Part shown: in pieces, positions 1 to 10,502 of the stretch
Position numbering within the stretch: the first letter of the stretch is position 1
Layout of the letters: every line of letters starts with the position of its first letter
IMG/VR virus record: IMGVR_UViG_3300036406_001149
Source: a virus
DNA length: 64,000 nt
Strand: one strand, 5' to 3'
The notes under the pieces: model-generated
What the model saw: only the letters and a program-made list of their open reading frames with translations
Databases searched by the model: none
Told to the model about the DNA's origin: nothing
Translations under genes and position numbers: made by a program

Positions 1-1
1 T

Positions 2-3000
2 TGTCAGTCCTTAACATCTATACATCCAAATATAGGTATTCAACAAGCATCTAATGAGTTTAATAATGTTGGTATTCCTAATACATCTACATATTATTTA
101 CCATCAGGTATGTACTATGGAGGATTATTATCCAATTTAGTTGGAGAAAATGGAATCATTATACCTGGTCATCCATCACCTGGAACACCACTTCCCAAAT
201 CTCATGCTCCTATTTTTCCTTCCAATGAATCTTGTAAATACTCAAGAGCCGGATGTGGGAATGGAACAGTCTATTTTGATATTCCTTATCCAGCTACTCT
301 AAAACTAACGACACAAGCTAGCAAAGGTAAATTTTCTCTGCTCTGGAATGGTAAGGCGGTTACTTCAACTAAAACAGGATCTGACGAATTAATACTTACC
401 AAGTCTACAGCAAGTCCCGCTAGTGTACAAGTAACATTCGGAGGAGCTACGGCTGATGATCCAGAGATTCAGTGGGGAGTATCTCTAGATGCAATACAAA
501 ATACATATACACAACAGGTTGTTAGTGCTGGATTCTCTATGGTAGGTAGTAAGGGATTTTTCCATCCCAATTTTGGTTGGACTTATGATAGTCGATACTC
601 AAATAAAACGGCAGTCTTACCTCAAGGAACAACAGTTCTTGCTACACAAAGCATATCTTATGGAAGTAGTGTTAATTGGGGAGGTTACTGTAATCCTCAA
701 ATAGCTGGTGAAAAAATTATTACTATACCGAATAATATAGCATTACCAGTTTATGTAAATATAAAAGGATTTGTTGATGATGATTTAGTGATCAATGGAG
801 ATGTTATAGAACCAGGAAAATATCCGTATTGGATTTTTCCATGCAACGGAGCGCATAATGTTGACTACACATTCTTGTGCAATGAAAGATCTTTCACTGT
901 TGCAGCAGCTGATAATATTGGTGGTTGGGTAGGATATAATCTAGATATTAAATTTCAAAGTGCTACTAACTATTTTTATAGTGCATATAGTATGTATGAT
1001 GAAGAATATTTAGAAGGATACAACTTTATATTTAATGAAACAAATTTATCTGTTTATCAAAAAGAAAATATAGCATATGCTAAGTATTTAGGTATTCCAA
1101 CACAAGGAGGAGCATATTTAGTTACAGATAAATGGCGTAAAATTAGATATACTCCAACAGAGAGTTTAATTCTTGATTTAGTGCCATTTGAATACATTAA
1201 TTTAGATTATTTTGTTAATGATCACGGAAGATTTATTAATGATTTAATTTATGAACAAGTTGGAGTCGATTCTATAAGAATTACTAGTTTAGACGGAACT
1301 AATAGAGCTACTTCGTATTTTGATATTGTTAATCCAACATATCAAACATGGAAAGTTGTTTTATATAGTCGGCTGAATTTAAACAAAAATTTTGAGGCTA
1401 CTATAAACTATATTCAAGATAATATTATATATCTCAGACAAAATTTACCGTCCAAAAATATAGATCAAGGTATCGACTATTCTTCCGGATTAATTAGAAA
1501 GATTAACGAAGAGCTGGATGATTATGTTCCGTCTATTCTTGTTCTAAGACCATATAAAACAGTGAGAGATGATTACATTTCTGTAGGTAAATGGGGGAAT
1601 ATGTCATATGGTAAAGCAGCTCTAAATGCTACACAAGCATTACCTAAATATAATAATTCCACTTTAAGAACTTCAGTATATCCAAATACATATTTTACAT
1701 GGGGTGTTCCATTAGCTTTCTATAATGGATATGATCCAGATAATAAGTCTTATTATTTTCCATTAACTAGAATATGGGCAGAAAAATATAGCAATCAACG
1801 AATACTACATGTATTGGGCCAAAATAATCAATATCCAGTAGGAAATCCTAATCCTCAAGGAGATATGATTATATCATCTGGTTCTATTTCTGGTAGGCAA
1901 GATTATATTTATGTTGGAACATATACAGGACCTATAAGAATTGAAATTAATATCGATAGAGCTAATAGTATACAAACACAAAAATATGATGTTGTATTGT
2001 ACTATAATGGTAGCGAGGTATCAAGACAAAGAGTAAATAACAATAATCAATTTACTTTCTATAGTAATAAATCCTCATACTTAGGACTATACGCTATTGT
2101 TAAAATAGAACAAAATCAGAGCGGTTGCACCAATAGTAATACAGCATATATTACAGGTACTGTGTCTTTAAGGTCGTATTCCGTAATAGCTAATACTAAT
2201 AATAATGATCTTAAACAAACAACTAGATTGTGCTATCATAAACATGAAACAATAAATAAAGACTCAATGTTTCCTAAGTCTTTAGTTGCTGGTATAGGTG
2301 GAGCTCTAACATTATGTAATACTAAAATAGCTCCCCTCTCTTATAATAAAGATACTACAAACTTTAATTTATTAAAAACTAAAGATTTTTCTCCATTATT
2401 AGATCTTCATATTTTTTCTAGTCTAGAGAAGCACCAACCTGTTAAATCTAATGGCGGTATTGTTTTCTTCGAAGATTTTTTACAACCAAAACCTTTGAAT
2501 TTTTCTATGCAGATACCGTATAATGAAAATTTCTTTTGGATAGACATACCTCATAACACAGAATGGCAACTATTAACAAAAAAAGGAATTATATTTAAAT
2601 CTAATCAAGTTTATAAGGTACTAAAAAAATTAAAATATACTTGCCAAGGAGATGCTTCTTTATGTTCATCAAGATATAAAAAAAATATCTGTCAAGATGA
2701 ATATAGTTTAAGTATAGGAGATTTATGGGATAAACTAGGACTAACAGCACAAGATAGTCAGTATTTCGATGTAGTTTCTGTTTCTTTTCCGGGAGACTGT
2801 GGAAATATTGATTATTGCTGTGAGCCAGGAGACTGGAACTGTGCAAACTCTCAGGCCCAACAAAGAGATAGATGCTATAGTTTTTGGAATGATTACAAAG
2901 TTGATGTTAACTGTCAAAGCGCTACAGATCCTAATACAAATCCACAATGTTTGGATTCTATCAGCCAACCAACAAATGCCAAAGGTACTATTCGAGCAAC

Positions 3001-5308
3001 AACAGAGTATTTTGTATTAAAACTTAAAGAAAATATATTACCATATTTACATAATATTACCAATCCTAGATTCCACTTTTTTAGAAACGCATCTACGGTA
3101 CCAATTCCATGTACATCTACTACTCTTAATAGTGTTGGTACATCATTTTTAGTAAATTATTTTTGTAATATAATTACTGATAAATGTGAATATATTTTTC
3201 CTAAAGATTATAGTTTAGGTTCTGAATATACTCCTGGTAATTTTATAGATCTTAGTCCATCTATTCTCGATCCTGGTAATGCGATTATTAATACTCCTCC
3301 TCTATCCGTTATTTTATCGAATGAAGAAAAATACAGAAGTATTGTTTCCCATCCTAATAATATTAGTCCTCCTTTGAAAGAATATGATCCAGAGGCGGAC
3401 ACAAAATATTGTATTACAAAAACTTTTACTATTAAAGGTACAGATAATTGTATTGCTCCAGGACTTTTATTCAGGTTAGAGGTGGATAATTTTAGATGTC
3501 AATTTTCTTTAGATAAAGACATAGAAGGAAATGTTAGTATCAAATCTTGTTTCGATGATTTGACACTAAAAACTAAAGACAATAATGCAACTTTTACAGT
3601 ATCTCGTACTATAGCAGAAGGGACTTTTTCGTGCAATAGCAATGGAGATCCAGTGACAGGAGGATCTCCTCCTGATAATTTTTTTAATCAACAAGATTTT
3701 AGCTGCTCTGATGCTAATAACGAAATGTCCCAGCGTTTTGGACCAGACTGGGAAGAAAATTATACGTTGGTAGGATGTAAAGATATAAGCAAACCAGAAG
3801 ATTATTATTTAGCTTGTAGATATTGTGGACCTAAGCCATGTGGACATACTTTAAGTTATCAAGAAGCTGCTGAACAAGAGTGTCATTGTCCTAAATATGC
3901 TGATTTAGCTGATTCTCCTACAGGGGGTAAAACATGTACATACTCTGTAGACTTAAGCATATGTGAATTAGGACAATACGATGGCTATTGCACAAAATAT
4001 ACTGTTAAAACAGTACCATTATGTGGAGGATATTTAAATGACGGATTATGTACAGTAGCCCCGTCGTGTTTTGCAAAAATTGATGGGCCAACAGAACAAG
4101 AACTAAGAACATATGAAGATGCGTGTGCCAATGTTGATCCTCAATATATTAAAGAATTCGAAGTAAGTAGATCTATTTTAGATGGACCGATTAGCATATT
4201 AGATGACGACCCAGCTGATACAGTAGGGATATATAATAAAAACATAGAGGAACAAGCTAGAATTAATAATGAAAATTGTCAAGTTTATAGACAACAATCA
4301 GAATGCAACAATAACTGCAATCAATATCAAGACCAGACTGCTAGATCTAATTGTTATTGTCAGTGTTCATGTCAATCATCATTAGCTCTAGCCCAAATTG
4401 CTAATAGTCGAGAGTGGTCAATAGGTTGTAGAGCTTCGTGTAATACCTCCGATGGCATTACAGACGGGTCGAATTATGGATATAATTGGAATGGTTATTA
4501 TAATTATTGTGGATATTATTATGGTGGATTTTGTTATTATTATGGATGGTGGTATAATTATGGAACATGTACAGCTTCTAATGGAGAAGTATCTAGACCT
4601 CCTTGTAATTTATCACATTGTGCTGCTAGTAGTTTCCAGAGTCAGTATCAGTGTAATGGTGAAAATAAAAGTGGTTCGGACTACTCTCCATGCTCTAATC
4701 TAGAAGATCGTTTAACAATATACCAAGGACACGTATCTAGTTGTCAATGTACATTAATATCACCACAAGAAGGACAGTATTTTATCCCATATTATAGGCA
4801 AGACCAGGAGACTTCTTGTTATAGAACTAAAACAAATATAGAAACTTTAACACCAACACAACACTCTCATTATACTCGTGAGCGCAAAGCCTATACAAAA
4901 ACTAAAACGGTTTTTGTGCCTCAAGATAAAGCTAAAGAATTGACAGAATCTGTAAAAATTCGTAAAAAAACTTATGAAATCAGTTATAAAAATAAACAAG
5001 ATCAGGATAATCCTCCCGGACAATGTCCTTGTTATGGACAAGAATCTATTAATATCACGATAAAAGTTGAGGTATATCATAATTTAATTATAGCTTTTTT
5101 TGGTTCTGGTGGAGGTAGCGGATCTTCAGGCACTGGAGCAGGCGTGATATCCGGTAGTTCATCTCGTTTAAATAAAATTTGTCTACCAAGAAATACTAGT
5201 AATAAATTTAAGTGTCCTGTTGTAAAATATACTCCACTTAATTCAAAATTATTAATGTGCGATACAACCAGTGTGAAAAAAAGTAATTGTGTTTTGGGGA
5301 GTATATAA
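2..5308 (+). CDS. Very large Cys-rich virion/tail-fibre-like protein, 5-prime partial
   Basis: Track ORF 110..5308 (1732 aa); the same frame has no stop from position 2 (CQSLTSIHPNIG...), so the gene starts outside the window. Beta-rich N half with a GFVDDDLVING (PA14-like) motif, Cys-rich C half with a Y/G/W/N tract. Function inferred only. Confidence 0.6.
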   Translation, partial: CQSLTSIHPNIGIQQASNEFNNVGIPNTSTYYLPSGMYYGGLLSNLVGENGIIIPGHPSPGTPLPKSHAPIFPSNESCKYSRAGCGNGTVYFDIPYPATLKLTTQASKGKFSLLWNGKAVTSTKTGSDELILTKSTASPASVQVTFGGATADDPEIQWGVSLDAIQNTYTQQVVSAGFSMVGSKGFFHPNFGWTYDSRYSNKTAVLPQGTTVLATQSISYGSSVNWGGYCNPQIAGEKIITIPNNIALPVYVNIKGFVDDDLVINGDVIEPGKYPYWIFPCNGAHNVDYTFLCNERSFTVAAADNIGGWVGYNLDIKFQSATNYFYSAYSMYDEEYLEGYNFIFNETNLSVYQKENIAYAKYLGIPTQGGAYLVTDKWRKIRYTPTESLILDLVPFEYINLDYFVNDHGRFINDLIYEQVGVDSIRITSLDGTNRATSYFDIVNPTYQTWKVVLYSRLNLNKNFEATINYIQDNIIYLRQNLPSKNIDQGIDYSSGLIRKINEELDDYVPSILVLRPYKTVRDDYISVGKWGNMSYGKAALNATQALPKYNNSTLRTSVYPNTYFTWGVPLAFYNGYDPDNKSYYFPLTRIWAEKYSNQRILHVLGQNNQYPVGNPNPQGDMIISSGSISGRQDYIYVGTYTGPIRIEINIDRANSIQTQKYDVVLYYNGSEVSRQRVNNNNQFTFYSNKSSYLGLYAIVKIEQNQSGCTNSNTAYITGTVSLRSYSVIANTNNNDLKQTTRLCYHKHETINKDSMFPKSLVAGIGGALTLCNTKIAPLSYNKDTTNFNLLKTKDFSPLLDLHIFSSLEKHQPVKSNGGIVFFEDFLQPKPLNFSMQIPYNENFFWIDIPHNTEWQLLTKKGIIFKSNQVYKVLKKLKYTCQGDASLCSSRYKKNICQDEYSLSIGDLWDKLGLTAQDSQYFDVVSVSFPGDCGNIDYCCEPGDWNCANSQAQQRDRCYSFWNDYKVDVNCQSATDPNTNPQCLDSISQPTNAKGTIRATTEYFVLKLKENILPYLHNITNPRFHFFRNASTVPIPCTSTTLNSVGTSFLVNYFCNIITDKCEYIFPKDYSLGSEYTPGNFIDLSPSILDPGNAIINTPPLSVILSNEEKYRSIVSHPNNISPPLKEYDPEADTKYCITKTFTIKGTDNCIAPGLLFRLEVDNFRCQFSLDKDIEGNVSIKSCFDDLTLKTKDNNATFTVSRTIAEGTFSCNSNGDPVTGGSPPDNFFNQQDFSCSDANNEMSQRFGPDWEENYTLVGCKDISKPEDYYLACRYCGPKPCGHTLSYQEAAEQECHCPKYADLADSPTGGKTCTYSVDLSICELGQYDGYCTKYTVKTVPLCGGYLNDGLCTVAPSCFAKIDGPTEQELRTYEDACANVDPQYIKEFEVSRSILDGPISILDDDPADTVGIYNKNIEEQARINNENCQVYRQQSECNNNCNQYQDQTARSNCYCQCSCQSSLALAQIANSREWSIGCRASCNTSDGITDGSNYGYNWNGYYNYCGYYYGGFCYYYGWWYNYGTCTASNGEVSRPPCNLSHCAASSFQSQYQCNGENKSGSDYSPCSNLEDRLTIYQGHVSSCQCTLISPQEGQYFIPYYRQDQETSCYRTKTNIETLTPTQHSHYTRERKAYTKTKTVFVPQDKAKELTESVKIRKKTYEISYKNKQDQDNPPGQCPCYGQESINITIKVEVYHNLIIAFFGSGGGSGSSGTGAGVISGSSSRLNKICLPRNTSNKFKCPVVKYTPLNSKLLMCDTTSVKKSNCVLGSI

Positions 5309-7194
5309 TGACATATCAATATATAGATACTAATGGAGCCATACAGGATTGCGACACATCTGGGCAATCTTCCAGAAAATGTTATCCAGATACTTGTTCT
5401 AATACAAAAAGCACATTTAATGCTTGTAGTGGAAATACTTTGAACGCATGGTTTAGTGGAGGGTCATGGGGATATTATGGTAAAATAGGTGACGATTTAA
5501 TCTTTTTATATAGTGAAGTAGAAGCCCCAGACGAATATCTATGTAATTATCCAAGAGTTTGTGGATCTAATTATTATTATTCTTGGTCATATAATAATTT
5601 TTATAACTACTGGTGGAATTATGGATATAATGATTATTATCAAAACTATTCTAATGCTTGTACTAGCAATACATGGGGTATGGGTTTTTGGTGGGGATGG
5701 TCGGGAGAACAAAGGCCAAAATGCGATGATGAAAGAGGAGACTGTACTTTTCCGAGATTAGTAAACTGCAAGACCCGGAGATGTGTGAATGGAACATATT
5801 CATCTTATGATAATTGTCAAGCTATCAACGGAGAAGACAGGAAAAGATGTTGTGCATTACCGACAGGTTGGAATTGTGCAGAAAATGAGAATCACGACGG
5901 GTCGGCTGGATGCGACTACTCATATGCTATTGTAAAAAAAACATATACAGTTGAGTATGAATTAGTTAAAGATCCGTACGTTTGTGTTGAAGAATATCCA
6001 GAGTACCCCGAAACATCTTGCGAAAGTTTTTATAGTTATTATAGCTGGTATTATTATTATAATAATGGTAATTATTTCTATAATAATTTTCCAGTATCAT
6101 CCTATCCTGACAAGTGTTATACATGTGTCACTAATTGCGACCCTCCTCAGAGATGTGTAGGACAAAGCGGTGATGGTTCTTGTGTCGGATCATGCTGTCC
6201 TGGAAAAGAACCCAAAGAACATTATACAAAAATAGACACCCAAATCTTTCGTAAATCATGGAGATTTGAAAAAGAAGATTGTGCTTGTACATGTCAACCG
6301 TGTTTAAAATGTTCTGAATATGATGATTGTACATTTGCTAATTATACTTCATTAGGAAATAACGGATTAAACTGGGGAACATTTTCTAATATTGGAAGCG
6401 ATTGTTGTAATCAAAATAATTCTAATGATTATTATTATGGATATTATTATGGTTACTATTATTATGCTCCTCCACTATGTCCTAACGATGACTTCACCCC
6501 ACCGTCTGTAAAATGGTATTGTTATAATGGTACCTGTCAATCAGGCAGTTTTGTTCCTGTGGGAGCAAAAGAATTTTCTTCTAAATATGCCTGTTTGAAT
6601 GGAGGATGTGAGCACGGAGATGGAGATGAAAATAGATGTTATGAACCACCAAATAGTTATACTACAGGATTATGTTGTGATAAAGATTTTATGAACAATA
6701 ATAGAGACAGAGCAAATCAGACCAATAGCTGTTGGACAGCTGGTCCTTCATACACAGAAAATATTAAAACTAATATAGGAACATCAGAATGTAGAACAGA
6801 TATATCATATCAAGCTGAAAAATGCACTTTTAAACCCAAATATTGCACTATGAAAAGAGTAGAAGAAGTTCGTACAACAGATACATACGAATATGAGATA
6901 GAAATGCCTGAAACAGTGACCCCAGGGTGGGAGGCTTGTACTAGATCATATTCAGGAGGTTATTATTATGGTGGAGTTAATGCACCAAACTATACTAATT
7001 TATGTGATCCAGAATCTTTACAAACCTGTATAAATAACTATAATAATAGCACTATAGCTCCTGATTTTGACACAGGTAAAACCATAGTAAAATACTCTTT
7101 AAAATATAATCCAGAAGCAATTGTTGGATCCACGACCGTTAAATTAAATGTTTACTATTGTAAGATAACAACGAAACCCTGTACTGAATCATAA
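5308..7194 (+). CDS. Cys-rich (about 50 Cys) Tyr/Trp-loop protein, probable virion/adhesion protein
   Basis: Track ORF 5287..7194; ATG at 5308 overlaps the upstream TAA (TAATG), so MTYQY is the likely start. Several aromatic tracts, e.g. DYYYGYYYGYYYY. Confidence 0.55.
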   Translation: MTYQYIDTNGAIQDCDTSGQSSRKCYPDTCSNTKSTFNACSGNTLNAWFSGGSWGYYGKIGDDLIFLYSEVEAPDEYLCNYPRVCGSNYYYSWSYNNFYNYWWNYGYNDYYQNYSNACTSNTWGMGFWWGWSGEQRPKCDDERGDCTFPRLVNCKTRRCVNGTYSSYDNCQAINGEDRKRCCALPTGWNCAENENHDGSAGCDYSYAIVKKTYTVEYELVKDPYVCVEEYPEYPETSCESFYSYYSWYYYYNNGNYFYNNFPVSSYPDKCYTCVTNCDPPQRCVGQSGDGSCVGSCCPGKEPKEHYTKIDTQIFRKSWRFEKEDCACTCQPCLKCSEYDDCTFANYTSLGNNGLNWGTFSNIGSDCCNQNNSNDYYYGYYYGYYYYAPPLCPNDDFTPPSVKWYCYNGTCQSGSFVPVGAKEFSSKYACLNGGCEHGDGDENRCYEPPNSYTTGLCCDKDFMNNNRDRANQTNSCWTAGPSYTENIKTNIGTSECRTDISYQAEKCTFKPKYCTMKRVEEVRTTDTYEYEIEMPETVTPGWEACTRSYSGGYYYGGVNAPNYTNLCDPESLQTCINNYNNSTIAPDFDTGKTIVKYSLKYNPEAIVGSTTVKLNVYYCKITTKPCTES

Positions 7195-7206
7195 AAGGAA
7201 TTTTAT

Positions 7207-7758
7207 ATGACAGATGTAAATATTTTTTGTTCTTTTCAACAATCAAATTTAAATCCTAATTTATATGTATGTCAACATTGTGGTAATGTAGTTGATCAAA
7301 AAAATTACCATCCAGCTTCATTGCCTATGTGTCCAGTTTTAACCGATGTGTCCGCTATGAATCCGGACGTAAATCAGGTCAAATTAGCAGAAGTTGCTGT
7401 TTCAAACGACGGAGGAAAAACATTCGTATCCGTAACCAAAGATACTCAACCAACAGCTATTTTAGAGGATTGGTGGTTTTATAAACCATTTGGAGGTAAT
7501 GCCTTAGAAACAAAACCTCCTAGACCACAACAATACGAAAATGATAACCAAAACAGAAAACAATGTACTCAGGCGCAAATAGACGAAAGATTAAAAATTT
7601 GTCATGGTTGTGAGTTTTATAAGAATAATACCTGTTTAAAGTGTGGATGTGCATTATCTAGAGAAAAAACCTATATGAATAAACTACTATGGGCTGATCA
7701 AAAATGCCCAGTAGAAAAATGGGGTCCTATTCCAGAATCGACAGATCTTGAGATTTAA
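7207..7758 (+). CDS. Small Cys-motif (probable Zn-binding) protein with C-terminal CxxC..CxxCGC..CP..KW domain (DUF6171-like)
   Basis: CHGCEFYKNNTCLKCGCALS...MNKLLWADQKCPVEKW; AAAGGA RBS upstream; paralog at 29473..29748. Confidence 0.55.
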   Translation: MTDVNIFCSFQQSNLNPNLYVCQHCGNVVDQKNYHPASLPMCPVLTDVSAMNPDVNQVKLAEVAVSNDGGKTFVSVTKDTQPTAILEDWWFYKPFGGNALETKPPRPQQYENDNQNRKQCTQAQIDERLKICHGCEFYKNNTCLKCGCALSREKTYMNKLLWADQKCPVEKWGPIPESTDLEI

Positions 7759-8671
7759 CTGTTTTTATAGGCAATGTATTCTGATTAATTTTAAAAGAAT
7801 GAATTTTGATTAGTTGACCTTGATGTGTTAGTGTTTGCGTTTTTTCTATAATTTTATTACCGTACATTATTCTAATCTGAACTTTTGTATTAGATTGTCT
7901 TCTATCCCACTGTTTAAAATAATGAAGATAAACATCATACATGCCATAAGGAGCATGACCTCTTGGCCAAAAAATATTTTCTACAGGTTCTATAGTTAGC
8001 AAATTAGGGTTAGCATTTCTATCTATATCTAAACAACCTCCTGTCATACCAACAGGATTCTGCCAATTAATAGGATCAACTTTATCTTTTGCTCTGCACA
8101 TTATCCATAGATCAATATCGTTTGTGTTATTCCATATAATAGACGCTTGCACATCACCAGTTTTTGCTCCATTAGCCCCAAGTCTTCTACCCATTTCGTC
8201 TGTTCCATTATGACCACTAGGGATATTTCCGGAACCTGATCCATGAGAAATAATATCTTCTTGGGAGTTATTATTTATACTTGCTAACAAAGTAGCATTA
8301 TCTATGATAGGAAGAGTATCATTTACAGATGCATTATCAGGTATTTCTATTCCATCAACAGACAGCTGTTCTGGTTCTATTTGAATTTCTGTATATGAAG
8401 CCAAAGTAGTATCATCAGATACTTCTTTTGCCCCTTTTTGTTTATCCGTTAGTTCTTCAATAGATACCAACGGATCTAAATTAATATCTTCTATTTGATC
8501 ATTGGAAAATTGTAGATCAATAGCAATTTTTTTACAATATTTTTGTTCTGGTACATACAGTAAGAGTAGCAATAATACTATCGTATGTACGATTAAAGAC
8601 TGTAAAGTTCCAGTTTCTATCCACCAGTCGATCAGTCGTCTTTGTCTTTCTCTTTTTGCCACTTGTGCCAA
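7727..8671 (-). CDS. Membrane-anchored YfaP/DUF2135-like protein
   Basis: N-terminal TM helix (SLIVHTIVLLLLLL), acidic linker, then DVQASIIWNNTNDIDLW...GGCLDIDRN...PVENIFW...GMYDVYLHYF, typical of the YfaP-like domain. Confidence 0.65.
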   Translation of the reverse strand: MAQVAKRERQRRLIDWWIETGTLQSLIVHTIVLLLLLLYVPEQKYCKKIAIDLQFSNDQIEDINLDPLVSIEELTDKQKGAKEVSDDTTLASYTEIQIEPEQLSVDGIEIPDNASVNDTLPIIDNATLLASINNNSQEDIISHGSGSGNIPSGHNGTDEMGRRLGANGAKTGDVQASIIWNNTNDIDLWIMCRAKDKVDPINWQNPVGMTGGCLDIDRNANPNLLTIEPVENIFWPRGHAPYGMYDVYLHYFKQWDRRQSNTKVQIRIMYGNKIIEKTQTLTHQGQLIKIHSFKINQNTLPIKTVKSQDLSILE

Positions 8672-8970
8672 CCTTTATTGGGTAACCAATTGTTTTGATC
8701 GTCTTTCCTTTTGGGAAATAACGTTCCACCTTTTTTATGCTGTCCAAACGCTAGTGTAGCCCCACATCCTTGAGAACCACACCTCATTTCATAATAATCG
8801 TTGCTCTCAACATTGCGAACAACAAATTTTAGATCTGCTCCTTTGCATACCCCACATTGTTCTTCGCCAAAAATTTCTTGTACACTAGCTAATTCTTTAA
8901 AGACTTCTTTTTGTCCTTCTGCTTCTATTTCAAATTGTAGTTTATTATTTGCTTTATAATTCACTTTCAT
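8632..8970 (-). CDS. Hypothetical Zn-ribbon protein
   Basis: 112 aa, CGVC and CGSQGC motifs; 2 nt from the upstream gene. Confidence 0.5.
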   Translation of the reverse strand: MKVNYKANNKLQFEIEAEGQKEVFKELASVQEIFGEEQCGVCKGADLKFVVRNVESNDYYEMRCGSQGCGATLAFGQHKKGGTLFPKRKDDQNNWLPNKGWHKWQKEKDKDD

Positions 8971-8972
8971 AA

Positions 8973-9704
8973 CTATCTCCAGTTAGATTCATAGCCCATA
9001 AGTTTTTCCGGTATATCATTCATATTTTGCTGATAACGGGACAGTTCCCTGATAACCCGAATACCATCAGTATGAGATATATTATGCACATTATCCTCTA
9101 TAATATCTAATGATGATAGGAGATGCAAGATATTAATATTTAATCTTTGTCCTAAAGTATCCATAAAATTTAACTGATTAGGAGCAATTTTGTTCACACT
9201 ATCCCCATTTGGATCGTCTTCTATAGCAGATGATAGTTCTTCTGCTGCCACCACTTTTCTTAATCTTAATCCTCTTCTTAGGGCTCTTCCTTCTGCTCTG
9301 GTTTCTGCTACAGCAACAGGGTGATTACGGTAGATTTTATCACAATTGCCCCAATAAACGTCCGCAGAGCCAGTTACCGACCTGACTTTTAAATCTTCGT
9401 CGCTACAGACCACAGAATTTAATACGTAGGTCAGGGTGTGAGTTACTGTTGCTCTTTTTTCATTCTCCGGAGTAGGAGATTGAACAATATCTGTATTAGA
9501 GTGAACTACCACACAATTTAAGGCCAATTCAAAGACTCGACGCAAACCATCGACAGTGGGATTTCCGTCTATTTTTTCCTCGTCTGTGAGAAGGCTCAAA
9601 ACATAATCATTCCAACCAACGTCATTATATGACAAAGGAGACGAAGGTGCTTCGGTCGTTGTTTCAACAGGTTCTACAGGAGCCTCTTTTTTGATTTTAA
9701 TCAT
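8973..9704 (-). CDS. Putative single-strand annealing protein (Rad52/Sak-like)
   Basis: GSADVYWGN...HPVAVAETRAEGRALRRGL helix motif resembles phage Rad52-fold annealing proteins; family assignment is inference. Confidence 0.45.
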   Translation of the reverse strand: MIKIKKEAPVEPVETTTEAPSSPLSYNDVGWNDYVLSLLTDEEKIDGNPTVDGLRRVFELALNCVVVHSNTDIVQSPTPENEKRATVTHTLTYVLNSVVCSDEDLKVRSVTGSADVYWGNCDKIYRNHPVAVAETRAEGRALRRGLRLRKVVAAEELSSAIEDDPNGDSVNKIAPNQLNFMDTLGQRLNINILHLLSSLDIIEDNVHNISHTDGIRVIRELSRYQQNMNDIPEKLMGYESNWR

Positions 9705-9710
9705 TATCTT

Positions 9711-10502
9711 TTAATCCTCTATTTCTATGTATCTTTTGTCTCTATCTGGAAATTTATTTTTTATAGTTCGTAATTCATCAAGTAGTTTTTCTAATAATAT
9801 CCGCGCCCTTGTGTCAGAATAATCTTTTGTTTGCTTAATTCTTATCAAGACCAACTCTTTACCTAAGATTAAACCATTCTTTTTAGTATCGTATTTTTGA
9901 TTTTTCTTTAGTACATCCTCGCCCCATACTGGTTCAAAATGAGAAGGACCATCTACTTCTATCGCTACGGACATAGTAGGCAGAAACAGATCAATTTGCA
10001 ATCTCGTATTTGATAAAATTTGTTCCTTATGGAAGTCTACTTTGTAGTCGCATTCTAGTAGTTTATATAATAAAAAATTCTCTAACTTGGATCCGGTTTT
10101 TGAAGATTCTCTGACAGCCATATTAGCTTTGTGTAGTATATTTTGTTTCTCGTCGTGAGATTTATTACTCCACGCTATTTTAGCTTTTTCTTGTCTTTCT
10201 TTAAGAGCATTTTCGTCAAGAGCTTGCCAAGATTCGTAAACTCCTAAACCAATTTTTTGTTTTTCTTCTTCTGTGCGTATTTTTCCCTTTGTTGGATGTT
10301 TATGAGATCCATTCGCTAGTGCGTTTTTTTGCGCTTCGCTCTTGTCTCTAATTTTAATTCCAAACTTAATAGCATCACGACGCAATTTATTAGGATATGT
10401 TTCGTATTTTTTAGCCAGATCTATAAAACTTAATTTACCAATATCGTATTGTTGTTCTAAGATCTTTTGTTTTTGATTATCGGACAAATTATCGTATGAC
10501 AT
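9711..10502 (-). CDS. Endonuclease: N-terminal HTH/basic DNA-binding region plus Vsr/DUF559-like PD-(D/E)XK domain
   Basis: C-terminal LQIDLFLP...IAIEVDGPSHF...D..KNGLI motif; N-terminal SFIDLAKKYETYPNKLRRDA HTH-like segment and Lys-rich linker. Confidence 0.65.
   Translation of the reverse strand: MSYDNLSDNQKQKILEQQYDIGKLSFIDLAKKYETYPNKLRRDAIKFGIKIRDKSEAQKNALANGSHKHPTKGKIRTEEEKQKIGLGVYESWQALDENALKERQEKAKIAWSNKSHDEKQNILHKANMAVRESSKTGSKLENFLLYKLLECDYKVDFHKEQILSNTRLQIDLFLPTMSVAIEVDGPSHFEPVWGEDVLKKNQKYDTKKNGLILGKELVLIRIKQTKDYSDTRARILLEKLLDELRTIKNKFPDRDKRYIEIED

Noticed and set aside
4472-6465. Tyr/Asn-rich tracts as diversity-generating retroelement variable regions
   Set aside because: No reverse transcriptase and no template-repeat copy differing only at adenines in the window; TGG and GGA codons are not expected from mutagenesis of AAY codons. 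An RT elsewhere in the genome cannot be excluded.
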